UHGV virus genome: UHGV-0011110
Strand: one strand, 5' to 3'
Length of the DNA: 42,827 nt
Origin: a virus
Shown: in pieces, positions 17,979 to 26,946 of the stretch
How the letters are laid out: each line of letters begins with the position of its first letter
How positions within the stretch are numbered: the stretch's first letter is position 1
The notes under the pieces: generated by a model
The model's database searches: none
Seen by the model: only the letters and a program-made list of their open reading frames with translations
Told to the model about the DNA's origin: nothing
Position numbers and translations under genes: made by a program

Positions 17979-20262
17979 TATAATTCTTGACTTCTGGGAA
18001 TGTATATCCAAGTTTTTTAAATTTACTATGAGCCTCCTCAAGTCTAACCCTCCATTCTGTACCTAGCCACAGGATCAGTAGATCTTCCACCTGATTGATA
18101 TAGTATTCTTTATCAATATCATCTAAAGTAATCCAACCTTCACCAATTGCCTCATTATCAATGGCATAATATTCAGGAGCATTAGCTAAACCTTTAGTAT
18201 ACGAATCATTACCAACGATAGTTGTACCTTCCTCTTCAATAACAGCTCCACGTTTTACTTTGAATATTTCAACCGCTTTTTTAGGGTCTTTTACTGCAAA
18301 CACACGATTTACTTTTTGTGCTTTCGTTTCATTACCATTCATATCACGTACTACAGTATCATCAAATGTGTATCCTGTCTTAGTAACCATTTGGAATTGG
18401 CGTAGTTCATCACACTCATTTATAAACTCTCTATAGTCTTTACCAGCAACTACATAATTAATGAACGCATTTGAAACAATTGCTTTAGAAACTTTCAATC
18501 CATTCGTTAGACCAATAGCACCTTTAAACTTCACGTTACCATTTGCTGTAACTGCCAAGTAATTATTTACGTCCTTCTGGAAAATAGCTTTAAATGGATC
18601 ATCATCTAAGGTGTACCCTGTCCGTTTCATCCAATCATTTGCAATCTCATCAATGGCTTTTTCATCTTCTTCACTAAATGGAATATAGTAGTGCGCGTCT
18701 GTGTTTGATTGAATAATAGTAGCATGGTCTTCAATCTTTTCTAGTAAATCCCACATTGCCATCTGCCCAGTAATACATACTAATAACCTCATACGTGGGT
18801 CATACAGTTTATTAAACTCAGCTCCCATTGCACCATATTTAGTGTTTAGAGGTAGTTTATAGCCATTAATCAATAACTTAGTTGGAATCTGAACACCTTT
18901 AATTTCAGTAAATTCTTTTTTAGAATACTTGGCTTCCATACGTTCATCTAATAACATTTGATAGATATGACGTTTGTCTTCTGGGATGTTTCTTGACAAG
19001 TAGTCAAATAGCACCATGGTATTAGGGTAAAGTGAGCCTACGTCACGTGCATGGAAGTTACCTACATGAATAAATGATTCCTTAGCTCCATGTATACCAC
19101 CTACCCCTAAAACCTCTGTCACGTCTCTACGTGGCACATCTAATGAAATACTGGCATGTCCTTTATCATTAGCTTCAAATTCATCTGTCATAAATGCCTC
19201 ACGTATGGTCTCTGACTCAATTTCAAACCCTTCTGGTAGTTCATACTTATCTAACTCGTCACCTCTATCAGGTGTCTTCTCAGCTCCTAATAATTCAGCA
19301 GTCAAGTTTGCGTTAGTCATTGACAGTGCCATTTTGTCTAAACCAAAGTATAAGGCAATCGCTGCCTTAGCTACTAACATGCCTATGTTTTGTTCAAAAC
19401 GTTTTTCAGTAGCTAATACATCATTTTTACAGTATAGTTCATTCAGTAATTGCTCTTCTTCTGTTAATTCTCTATCTAAATCAAAGTCTACCTCAGTTTC
19501 TTTAATGTTGATGCCTAAGAATGCACTATGCTCTTTCAAGCTGAATCCTCTATTGTCTTGATATAAATCCATTCCAAACAGTGGTGTTTTCTTAGTATCA
19601 AACATTTTATATACTAACGCTCTGTCATCACTTTCAATGATTGCTTTTGACACATGAAATGGGTTTTTGCCTTGTAAATAAGCACGCATGACATTTGAGT
19701 CATATGAATGTGAGTTATAACCTACAAACAACGAATCTCTATTCGCTAGATAGAACTTGCGTAAAGCGTCCAAATCATTATGAATGACTGTCCATTCTTT
19801 GGTGAAGTAATCTCTGAAAACAAATAAATTGTCTTTTTTAAATACTTCAATGTCATAAATATATATTGTTTGTTTTGTTAGTGCCTCATTCGGTTTCTCA
19901 GGCAATACGTCAATTACTGCTCCTCTTTGATTAATAGTTACATTTGGGAAACCATTGCTGTATTTTAGAGTAATCATCAACTGCTGTCCAACTTCTATCT
20001 TTTCCCACGTTTTCCAATCTTGCTTACGAAATTTCATAATATAAAATGTAGCGTCACGTCCATCATTTGTGCTACGTACTTTAATTTCTTTCATCTCTTT
20101 GCCTTTAGCAGATAAACGTTCCTCAGCTTTAATCACTACAACTTGATGAATCCCTTCAATCATTGGGTCAAAGCTCTTTCCGTTGCCTGCTAATGCAGAA
20201 AATATTTCTAATAGTTTAGATGCTAACTTTTCAGCACCTTGAAATTCTGCTATGTTTTTCAT
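17971..20262 (-). CDS. family B DNA polymerase with 3'-5' exonuclease
   Basis: Exo I DIE, Exo III YCKNDVLAT, motif A DVGSLYPNTM, motif B KLPLNTKYG, motif C-like SNTDA. Confidence 0.85.
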   Translation of the reverse strand: MKNIAEFQGAEKLASKLLEIFSALAGNGKSFDPMIEGIHQVVVIKAEERLSAKGKEMKEIKVRSTNDGRDATFYIMKFRKQDWKTWEKIEVGQQLMITLKYSNGFPNVTINQRGAVIDVLPEKPNEALTKQTIYIYDIEVFKKDNLFVFRDYFTKEWTVIHNDLDALRKFYLANRDSLFVGYNSHSYDSNVMRAYLQGKNPFHVSKAIIESDDRALVYKMFDTKKTPLFGMDLYQDNRGFSLKEHSAFLGINIKETEVDFDLDRELTEEEQLLNELYCKNDVLATEKRFEQNIGMLVAKAAIALYFGLDKMALSMTNANLTAELLGAEKTPDRGDELDKYELPEGFEIESETIREAFMTDEFEANDKGHASISLDVPRRDVTEVLGVGGIHGAKESFIHVGNFHARDVGSLYPNTMVLFDYLSRNIPEDKRHIYQMLLDERMEAKYSKKEFTEIKGVQIPTKLLINGYKLPLNTKYGAMGAEFNKLYDPRMRLLVCITGQMAMWDLLEKIEDHATIIQSNTDAHYYIPFSEEDEKAIDEIANDWMKRTGYTLDDDPFKAIFQKDVNNYLAVTANGNVKFKGAIGLTNGLKVSKAIVSNAFINYVVAGKDYREFINECDELRQFQMVTKTGYTFDDTVVRDMNGNETKAQKVNRVFAVKDPKKAVEIFKVKRGAVIEEEGTTIVGNDSYTKGLANAPEYYAIDNEAIGEGWITLDDIDKEYYINQVEDLLILWLGTEWRVRLEEAHSKFKKLGYTFPEVKNYID

Positions 20263-20364
20263 ATAGTTACTTCCTCTCTCGTTTGAATATAATATAGTAT
20301 ATCACATCAATTGCTAATACACAAGTGCAAAGTAAAAACTCTATAAAACTTTCTATTGTGTATC

Positions 20365-20571
20365 TCATTGGAATAATTTAAAGTTACGTGGGTGACCTTG
20401 TGTTTGCATGTACATCACATCATCAAGGTTATATACTGCAACTTGTTTCTTCTTGTTAGCAATTGCAATTGTAGATGAATCGATCTTCACATATACCTCA
20501 TTGAAATGTCTGTTGATGAATACTCCATCTTCATCTATTACTGTTAAAATTAACTTGTCCACTAACATCAT
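20365..20571 (-). CDS. hypothetical protein
   Basis: ORF with RBS; no recognisable motif. Confidence 0.35.
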   Translation of the reverse strand: MMLVDKLILTVIDEDGVFINRHFNEVYVKIDSSTIAIANKKKQVAVYNLDDVMYMQTQGHPRNFKLFQ

Positions 20572-20587
20572 TTTATTTTTCCTCCTA

Positions 20588-20923
20588 TTATTTAAAATTT
20601 TGTTTATTCATCAATGCTCCAAATATATTGAATAGTGAAATAATTGTAGGGATACCTGTCCAACAGAACACTAGTTTAATAAATCCTTTCACTGGTTTAC
20701 CAACATAGAAATCATGTGCACCAATTCCTCCTAAGAATAATGCTAGCAATAAATAAACAGTCAAACTTGGTTTATTAGAATCCTCTTTCATACTTTTAAG
20801 TTGTGCTAACTGTTCCTTTAAAATTTCGTTTTTTAATTGTTCGTTAGTCATTTCTTTTTCCTCCTCAGTTTGTGGTGTGTTCATTTTCTTCAATGTTTCT
20901 AATACTGGATTTTGCTTAGTCAT
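20588..20923 (-). CDS. TM2-domain membrane protein
   Basis: LLLALFLGGIGAHDFYVGKPVKG matches the TM2 signature. Confidence 0.5.
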   Translation of the reverse strand: MTKQNPVLETLKKMNTPQTEEEKEMTNEQLKNEILKEQLAQLKSMKEDSNKPSLTVYLLLALFLGGIGAHDFYVGKPVKGFIKLVFCWTGIPTIISLFNIFGALMNKQNFK

Positions 20924-20954
20924 TTTAATCTTCCTCTCTTTATCTTATGAATTA

Positions 20955-20983
20955 AGTTTACCATATCAAGTTAACTTTATCAA
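20955..20983 (-). promoter_or_regulatory. early promoter variant TTGATA-17-TAAACT plus conserved leader
   Basis: Leader CTTATGAATTAAGT shared with the other copies. Confidence 0.45.
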
Positions 20984-21170
20984 GTGTTTTAACTGCCAAT
21001 TTTAAATCTTTTTCTAGGAAAGCTTCTGTTGAACCACTGTACAACTTAACCATATATTCCCAGCCGTCAACTGGTTCATATAGCTTATATAACAGTACTC
21101 CTTTATCACCTTTATTGCCTATTCCGTTTAGATTATCTCGTTTTAACTCTACCACGTTTCCAATATTCAT
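20958..21170 (-). CDS. hypothetical protein
   Basis: Start at internal ATG (MNIGNVVELK); the upstream MLYLIHKLRGG is a promoter/leader artefact. Confidence 0.4.
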   Translation of the reverse strand: MNIGNVVELKRDNLNGIGNKGDKGVLLYKLYEPVDGWEYMVKLYSGSTEAFLEKDLKLAVKTLDKVNLIW

Positions 21171-21199
21171 TGTAATTCCTCCTCTTAACTTATGAATTA

Positions 21200-21228
21200 A
21201 GTATAGCATGGTAAAACAAAAGAGTCAA
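21200..21228 (-). promoter_or_regulatory. early promoter TTGACT-17-TGcTATACT plus conserved leader
   Basis: Read directly; 17-bp spacer. Confidence 0.7.
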
Positions 21229-21257
21229 CCCATACGGTCAACTCTTTTACATTTATT

Positions 21258-21950
21258 TTAGAATGGTAATTCCTCTTCTGTTACTGCTTCTTTTTGATCA
21301 TCTGGGTCTAATGGTTGTGCTTCTAACCATCCATAAGGTGATTTAGGGTCTAACATGTTTTTGTTCACAGTGCAATCTACAACCATTCCAATCGCCATGT
21401 CTGCAGTATCCCATGTTACATTTACATCTTCAAACAATTCATTGAATCGTGCTTTTGCTTTTGCAAGTTTCGCTTGATTAGGAATAAATTTGTTTAATTT
21501 CTCAATATAAACGCCTGAATTAAAGTTAAATGAATAGTATTTACCATCATGTTCTACCACAACAGCACGTCCTTTGGCACTGTCTTTAATTTCAACAATT
21601 GGAACTTGTTTTAACCGTTTTAGTGAGACCAGTGGCTTATCAATCTTTTTGAATGATGTTCCTTCTTCAAAGTAGGCTTTACCTGTTTCTTCATCCACAT
21701 ACATTTCTAACTCTTTATCTTCAAGGTTTTCAAATGAGCCACCTAACATTTCTAATGCTTTTTCAAGGCGTTCTTTGCCTTTTACATCTTCATCTGTGAA
21801 GTCGTTCCACGTTTTGGATTCTTTGTCATATGTTTGTTTAAATACTGCTGCTTCATAGATAGCGCTATAATCTTCACTTGCTACCTGTAATTTCACGCTA
21901 ATATCATCTTCCTCTGCACTAACAATAATTACTTTTTTCAATTCTGACAT
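21258..21950 (-). CDS. acidic protein with SSB-like C-terminal tail (..DDQKEAVTEEELPF); candidate ssDNA-binding/recombination mediator
   Basis: C-terminal acidic ELPF resembles the SSB-Ct DDDIPF interaction tail. Lies in the recombination cluster next to DUF1351 and the MBL protein. Confidence 0.3.
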   Translation of the reverse strand: MSELKKVIIVSAEEDDISVKLQVASEDYSAIYEAAVFKQTYDKESKTWNDFTDEDVKGKERLEKALEMLGGSFENLEDKELEMYVDEETGKAYFEEGTSFKKIDKPLVSLKRLKQVPIVEIKDSAKGRAVVVEHDGKYYSFNFNSGVYIEKLNKFIPNQAKLAKAKARFNELFEDVNVTWDTADMAIGMVVDCTVNKNMLDPKSPYGWLEAQPLDPDDQKEAVTEEELPF

Positions 21951-22031
21951 TTTAATTCCTCCAATTAATTTGTTTTATTTTCTCTCTTACAAAAACTATT
22001 ATATCATATATTCCCTTACTTGTGTAGTATT

Positions 22032-22841
22032 TTATTTTACAATATGATACTCAATTTTAAGTTTATTCAAATCTTCTTTCTTCACTTTGATTGTCACATA
22101 TTCAACTGGTTTAGGAGCCTCCTGTTTTTGCTCGTTTCCAGTGAGTATGACAATCTCAGGTACTTTTGTTTCTTTTACTCTAGCCTGTTCTTTTTCAAGA
22201 CGTTCTTTCTCAGCAATCATGCTGGCATAGTCTAAAATAGCTTCTTGCATATTAAAGCCATTTTTAGAGTAGGCAATCAAAATGGCTGAACGATCATCCT
22301 TATCTGGATATTGTGTTTTTAATAGGTCATAGTCCTGTTTAAATGTTTCAAAATAAGAAACCACTGCTTCACGTATCTTTTTAGCACTTGTGGCTTTATT
22401 GGTTATAAGTGTTGGGTTTTTTGCAATGAACTTATCAAAAGTAAGCCATTGTGGAGCGTTATAAGACTTCTGATATTTTTTAAATAAGTCTTTGATTTGT
22501 AACTTACGCTCTTCTTGCTCTCGCAGTGTAATCTGTTTAATTTGAGCATTAATATGCTCCTCTCCTTCACCTAAGACTTCTTTCAATAGTTTAATCTTTT
22601 CATTCAATTCATCATAAGGTGTCATGATTTGACGCTTAACTGCTAGACGTTCTGAATCAAGTTTTTTGATTTCCTTACGTACCTCAGCAAGAAGTTTCTT
22701 ATTCTCAACTACATTTTCTTCTGTAACCTCTTGCGTCTTCATTCGTTCACTCAACTTTCTAACATCATCTAATGTTTTCTCATACCCAAGAAATTGAATC
22801 TCTTGTTTACCACTTGATTGGATTGATAGTTCAAATGCCAT
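22032..22841 (-). CDS. DUF1351-like phage protein
   Basis: Lys/Glu-rich coiled-coil protein of DUF1351 type, in the usual position beside the ssb/recombination genes. Confidence 0.4.
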   Translation of the reverse strand: MAFELSIQSSGKQEIQFLGYEKTLDDVRKLSERMKTQEVTEENVVENKKLLAEVRKEIKKLDSERLAVKRQIMTPYDELNEKIKLLKEVLGEGEEHINAQIKQITLREQEERKLQIKDLFKKYQKSYNAPQWLTFDKFIAKNPTLITNKATSAKKIREAVVSYFETFKQDYDLLKTQYPDKDDRSAILIAYSKNGFNMQEAILDYASMIAEKERLEKEQARVKETKVPEIVILTGNEQKQEAPKPVEYVTIKVKKEDLNKLKIEYHIVK

Positions 22842-22999
22842 TCTCTTCATCCTTTAGTTTAAGACGTTTATATTCTACAGCAAAGATTTCATCAATGGTG
22901 TAATTGATTTTCAAAAGCCACACATGTTTTTCAATTACATCAAACAACTGATTTTCAGTGTAGCTATAATCTAATTTCAAAAGTGTTTTATAATTCACT

Positions 23000-23227
23000 T
23001 CATAACTCCTCCTTCAATAACTCTAAATCTTCAGCACTTAAGCGATCAATAAACTCAATATCTTCTTCACGTACTTCCTCAAAACGAGCAGCGAACTCTC
23101 CTGTTTCAACCAAGACAAGAATGTTACCATACTTATCAATGTGCTGCACCGTTCCTTCATCGTTTGTTGAAGCATACATTCCGTAGTTGTTTCTAAATTT
23201 TACTAAATCTCCATATTGATAATTCAT
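23000..23227 (-). CDS. hypothetical small acidic protein (paralog of 23228..23491)
   Basis: Shared MxYQYG N-terminus with its neighbour. Confidence 0.4.
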   Translation of the reverse strand: MNYQYGDLVKFRNNYGMYASTNDEGTVQHIDKYGNILVLVETGEFAARFEEVREEDIEFIDRLSAEDLELLKEEL

Positions 23228-23491
23228 TTATTCTTCCTCCCTTAATTTGTAAATTAATTTCTCAACGATATTTAAATGTCCTATGATTGCTTGCTGTTCT
23301 GTTTTATAGCGTTCTGCGAACTCTTCAAGTTCGCTATAGTCATGAATCTTATAGTCACATGCGTTAAAAATCATGGTTTCAAATCCTGCATACGGCACTA
23401 AATTACTTCCTAAGTCCACAGTACTTACACAGTACTGATTTTCATTAATATCTACGAAAGTTTTTAGTTTTACTCCATATTGGTATTTCAT
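23228..23491 (-). CDS. hypothetical small protein (paralog)
   Basis: MKYQYGVKLKTF.. start. Confidence 0.4.
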   Translation of the reverse strand: MKYQYGVKLKTFVDINENQYCVSTVDLGSNLVPYAGFETMIFNACDYKIHDYSELEEFAERYKTEQQAIIGHLNIVEKLIYKLREEE

Positions 23492-23520
23492 TTTTCTTCC
23501 TCCTCTATATCTTAACTATA

Positions 23521-24276
23521 TCATCTCTTTAAATAATTGTCAACATCTTGTTGAGTAATTTTTCCTTTTTCTAATCTAATCAGTCCTTCAAAACTACGAT
23601 AGCGCTCTGAAATGTGAAGTTCAACATCTACCGCATTTGGTTTCTTGAACTTAGTAACAAACTCCTCTCTGTCTACAGTGCTTAGATGGCGATATGATCC
23701 ATTGTTAAAGGTGTCATATCCACTATGAATTTTCATATATTCTGATAAGCCAATGACTTGAGGGTCATAATTAGCCTCTAAAAGAGTAATATCAAACTTA
23801 ATTTTATTTGTCAAGCAATATTCTTCATAATCTATCAAAGTACTCAAATCCGTAGCATAGATTAAATTTTGCGAAGGACTCTCTAGAATGAAACCATGTG
23901 TTTCTGTATAGTCCTCACCTGCGCCATGATAATTTTGGAGGGCTGTGAATTTTACATCTCCAATTTGAAATTGAAAATCGTCTGTGAAGGTTATGTCTAC
24001 ACTACTTAGTTTGCGTTTTAGTAGTTCATTATTAACCGTTTCGTTAGATAATATTTTAATGTGTGGAAAGTTTTCTCTAATCTTTTTATAGGTTGTATAA
24101 ACAAGGTGATCTTGGTGCTTATGAGTAATTAATACAAATTGTTTATCATATAGGTATGGCTCAATATATTTATATGGTTTACCAATATCAATCAAAAAAC
24201 CAAGGTTTTCATAATAGATTGAAACACTGTTGCCTTTACTACCTGTGTAATGTACATCAAACTCAAATTCTGACAT
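23521..24276 (-). CDS. metallo-beta-lactamase-fold hydrolase
   Basis: ITHKHQDH (HxHxDH) motif. Confidence 0.65.
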   Translation of the reverse strand: MSEFEFDVHYTGSKGNSVSIYYENLGFLIDIGKPYKYIEPYLYDKQFVLITHKHQDHLVYTTYKKIRENFPHIKILSNETVNNELLKRKLSSVDITFTDDFQFQIGDVKFTALQNYHGAGEDYTETHGFILESPSQNLIYATDLSTLIDYEEYCLTNKIKFDITLLEANYDPQVIGLSEYMKIHSGYDTFNNGSYRHLSTVDREEFVTKFKKPNAVDVELHISERYRSFEGLIRLEKGKITQQDVDNYLKR

Positions 24277-24290
24277 TTACTTACCTCCAA

Positions 24291-24764
24291 TTATACTAAT
24301 TTATTTCTATCTGCGTATGACGCTCCTTCAAGTTCCCAGAGTTCTCTACCAAGCTTATTAGCGGTAAGATAATCCTTTTTATCGCAAGCATTATTAATCT
24401 TAATAATAAGCTCATGTCGTTTAGGTTCAACACGTTTGCGTGCAGGGCGTGAAACACGTTCTTGTGATTCTTTTGGATTGATTGCATACCCAAGGTTAGT
24501 CCAGTGATTGTTTTGCACGTTACCATCCTTATAATACACATAGCTGCAATTATGTGGGTTGTATACAAACATTTCAGCAACCAGTGGGGCTATATAAAAC
24601 TTACGTGACTTTCTATGTGATCCATTTAGTACTACAAATTGTTTACCTGTCTTGTAGTCAATCTCTTCTGTTACATATTTACCTGAGTCAATATCCATAA
24701 CATGTCCTTCATTTGTAATAGAGTACTTATCATATGGTGGTGAAAGTTGTTCAAATTTAAGCAT
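24291..24764 (-). CDS. NUMOD4-containing HNH-like protein (degenerate HNH; first His replaced)
   Basis: N-terminal YxIxNxGxV pattern; APLVAEMFV.NP..., NNHWTNL. Confidence 0.45.
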   Translation of the reverse strand: MLKFEQLSPPYDKYSITNEGHVMDIDSGKYVTEEIDYKTGKQFVVLNGSHRKSRKFYIAPLVAEMFVYNPHNCSYVYYKDGNVQNNHWTNLGYAINPKESQERVSRPARKRVEPKRHELIIKINNACDKKDYLTANKLGRELWELEGASYADRNKLV

Positions 24765-25185
24765 TGTTTTTTTCCTCCAGTTTGATTAGTTGATCTACAT
24801 ATACTTTCACTTTCTTCAAATCTTCAATTCCATTTTTTTGTTTATATCTATGTGTATACTTATAAATGTTCGCTTTATAGAAGCCACGTAATTCATCATA
24901 AGTTAGTAAGTCATCTTCCAATACATTAAAGAGCTGTTTACCTGAGTTGGTTTTGTAGCGTTTTGTGTTCTGTAGTTCTTCAGAGTCATTACTATCCACT
25001 ACTTTCTCAAAGCGTGACGCCAGATAGTCTAGCGTGCCATTTTTCAAGCCCACATACGTGTCATTCAGCTTGTGATCATACTCAACGCTTGCGATTTCAT
25101 ATAATTCACCAATCTTTAGACTATGCTTTCTACCATTATTATCTACACATCGTACCTTATCTCCAATTTTAAACATTTTTATCAA
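24757..25185 (-). CDS. hypothetical protein (DUF3310-like C-terminus)
   Basis: FYKANIYKYTHRYKQKNG.EDLKKV.VYVDQLIK. Confidence 0.4.
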   Translation of the reverse strand: MIKMFKIGDKVRCVDNNGRKHSLKIGELYEIASVEYDHKLNDTYVGLKNGTLDYLASRFEKVVDSNDSEELQNTKRYKTNSGKQLFNVLEDDLLTYDELRGFYKANIYKYTHRYKQKNGIEDLKKVKVYVDQLIKLEEKNNA

Positions 25186-25208
25186 ATCCTCTCTTTGTTT
25201 ATATATCT

Positions 25209-25237
25209 ATATTATCATATAGTATGTTGATTGTCAA
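25209..25237 (-). promoter_or_regulatory. promoter TTGACA-17-TAATAT for gene 24757..25185
   Basis: Read on the minus strand. Confidence 0.5.
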
Positions 25238-25255
25238 CACTTTTGTTTAATTTTA

Positions 25256-25330
25256 TGCTATAATATATTTATGGAAGTACTCCTCCACTTCCTCCTCTCG
25301 AAAGACTAGCCAATTGACTAGTCTTTTTTA
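25256..25330 (+). ncRNA. putative ~58-nt small RNA: orphan rightward extended -10 promoter (TGCTATAAT 25256..25264), CCUCC-rich hairpin, then intrinsic terminator (25302..25330)
   Basis: The promoter is identical to the late-type promoters. GGAAGT/ACTTCC hairpin, two CCUCC anti-SD motifs, then an 8-bp perfect stem plus T6. There is no ORF, and it is antisense to the early genes. Confidence 0.35.
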
Positions 25331-25540
25331 ATTATATAATCTCAATTCGCTCATATACTCTAATACACTTCTAGCATCTCTGAATTGTTCATCATACTTA
25401 TCATTCCAAATATCAGTAGGGTCAACAACACTTACTTCCCAGACCCCATTATCAATATCACGCCAAACGCAAACCTCTAATCCATTTGGTAGTTCTCCTT
25501 CAAATACAAGTATTAAGTTGTTTTCATATTCATCATACAT
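25328..25540 (-). CDS. hypothetical protein
   Basis: ORF immediately downstream of an HNH gene. Confidence 0.4.
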   Translation of the reverse strand: MYDEYENNLILVFEGELPNGLEVCVWRDIDNGVWEVSVVDPTDIWNDKYDEQFRDARSVLEYMSELRLYN

Positions 25541-25542
25541 TA

Positions 25543-26052
25543 TTAGTCCTCCTTATATTTAAAAGTATATCCTCCAACATGGTTACGTCTACCTTTAAGT
25601 AATTCACAAATTCCACCTGTTGATAATCCTAACAATCGTCCTGCTTCAGATAGACTACTATACGTATTGCCATTTGAACATATTATAGGTTTACTACGTG
25701 ACGTTTTACTTCTTTTAATACCTGTACCATGTTGTATATTATCAATATGTGATACCCATTCCAAATTGTTTATAGAATTATTAGCTTTGTTTTCATCAAT
25801 ATGGTTAACATCACTTAAATTTAGTTCATTATTTATGAAGTGTTTTGCCACTAATCGATGAACCCTGTAACATTTTCTTCCTCTTGAATTAACAACATTA
25901 ATATAATAATATCCACTAGTTTTATTCTTAAATGGTTTTAAAAGTCTATTTGTTTTAATATTTTTTATCCTACCTAAACTGCTCACTTGATAATTTGGGA
26001 AATCCTTAATCGTCCGCCATTCTTCGCAACTCGCGTTTTCTAACTGATTCAT
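25543..26052 (-). CDS. NUMOD4/HNH_3 homing endonuclease
   Basis: HRLVAKHFI.N......VNHIDENKANNSINNLEWVS. Confidence 0.75.
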   Translation of the reverse strand: MNQLENASCEEWRTIKDFPNYQVSSLGRIKNIKTNRLLKPFKNKTSGYYYINVVNSRGRKCYRVHRLVAKHFINNELNLSDVNHIDENKANNSINNLEWVSHIDNIQHGTGIKRSKTSRSKPIICSNGNTYSSLSEAGRLLGLSTGGICELLKGRRNHVGGYTFKYKED

Positions 26053-26746
26053 ACGTTCTCAATACCTCCTCCTCTGATAAGGGTGGATTGCAGCCAATCT
26101 GATTGACGTACATGCTCCACACACGCACCTCATCATGATTTAACCCAGTTGCAAATAACTTACCAATTTGAGTGGTGAGCCAAATATTTCGTCCACCTTC
26201 CCCACTACCTGCAATTATATCACCTAGCAAATTAGCTGTAAATTTTCTCTCTCTTTTCTTATTCTTTTTAGTAATTGATTTATCAGTAAACATTTCTAAC
26301 CATTTCTCAGGTAATTCTGCGACTTCCACATCACGCACTACTTCATAATACTTCCCATCAATTTGACTAGGTGGTGCTACTACGTAACGCCCATGAGTCT
26401 GAAAGTCAACGCCTTCTAGTTGAGTATGATTCTGAATAAATTGTGTGTCATTGTATTTTTCATCTAACTTGAAATAATAGTGTAATCCACCACTTGGGGT
26501 CTTAATGACTTGCGTTTTTGGTAGCGTAATGTCGTAAGTATCTAAGAACTCTTTCAAGTTACCAAGGCCATCTACTCCATTATGGTTGTCAATGTCTATG
26601 ACTGCAATACCACTAGCTGACCCAGTTAGTACACCAACGTTACCACCTTCTTGTACCCATTTTTGAATTAACTCTTCTGATTCTCCATTGAAAGCTCCAG
26701 CCACTAGTGGTGCTTTACCATTTTTCTTTAATCTTAATTCTTTCAT
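26006..26746 (-). CDS. primase-polymerase (PrimPol, bifunctional DNA primase/polymerase N-domain plus PriCT_1)
   Basis: VIDIDN, TPSGGLHYYF, VAPPS motifs; C-terminal GGRNIWLT..EEVLRTYESV. Confidence 0.75.
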   Translation of the reverse strand: MKELRLKKNGKAPLVAGAFNGESEELIQKWVQEGGNVGVLTGSASGIAVIDIDNHNGVDGLGNLKEFLDTYDITLPKTQVIKTPSGGLHYYFKLDEKYNDTQFIQNHTQLEGVDFQTHGRYVVAPPSQIDGKYYEVVRDVEVAELPEKWLEMFTDKSITKKNKKRERKFTANLLGDIIAGSGEGGRNIWLTTQIGKLFATGLNHDEVRVWSMYVNQIGCNPPLSEEEVLRTYESVRKRELRRMADD

Positions 26747-26946
26747 TTTACTTCCTCCCAATAATTTTTGATTAATGCGTCAAAAAAACATTTCTCACCG
26801 CGATCATCAATAAAAAATAAGTGTTTTTTATGATACAAATAAACTTCATAAATATTTCCCACTGTCAAATAATTTGTATAATATTTCTTATTTCCTACAA
26901 ATTTTAATTTAGTGCCTGGGGCTGGTTTGATTGTGTCTAATAGCAT
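26743..26946 (-). CDS. hypothetical protein
   Basis: First ORF after the promoter at 26976..27004. Confidence 0.4.
   Translation of the reverse strand: MLLDTIKPAPGTKLKFVGNKKYYTNYLTVGNIYEVYLYHKKHLFFIDDRGEKCFFDALIKNYWEEVK

Noticed and set aside
22020-22235. Plus-strand ORF 22020..22235 (and similar 17248..17439, 19205..19561, 15946..16185, 27130..27366)
   Set aside because: Lie antisense inside confidently assigned genes; low complexity; no start context.
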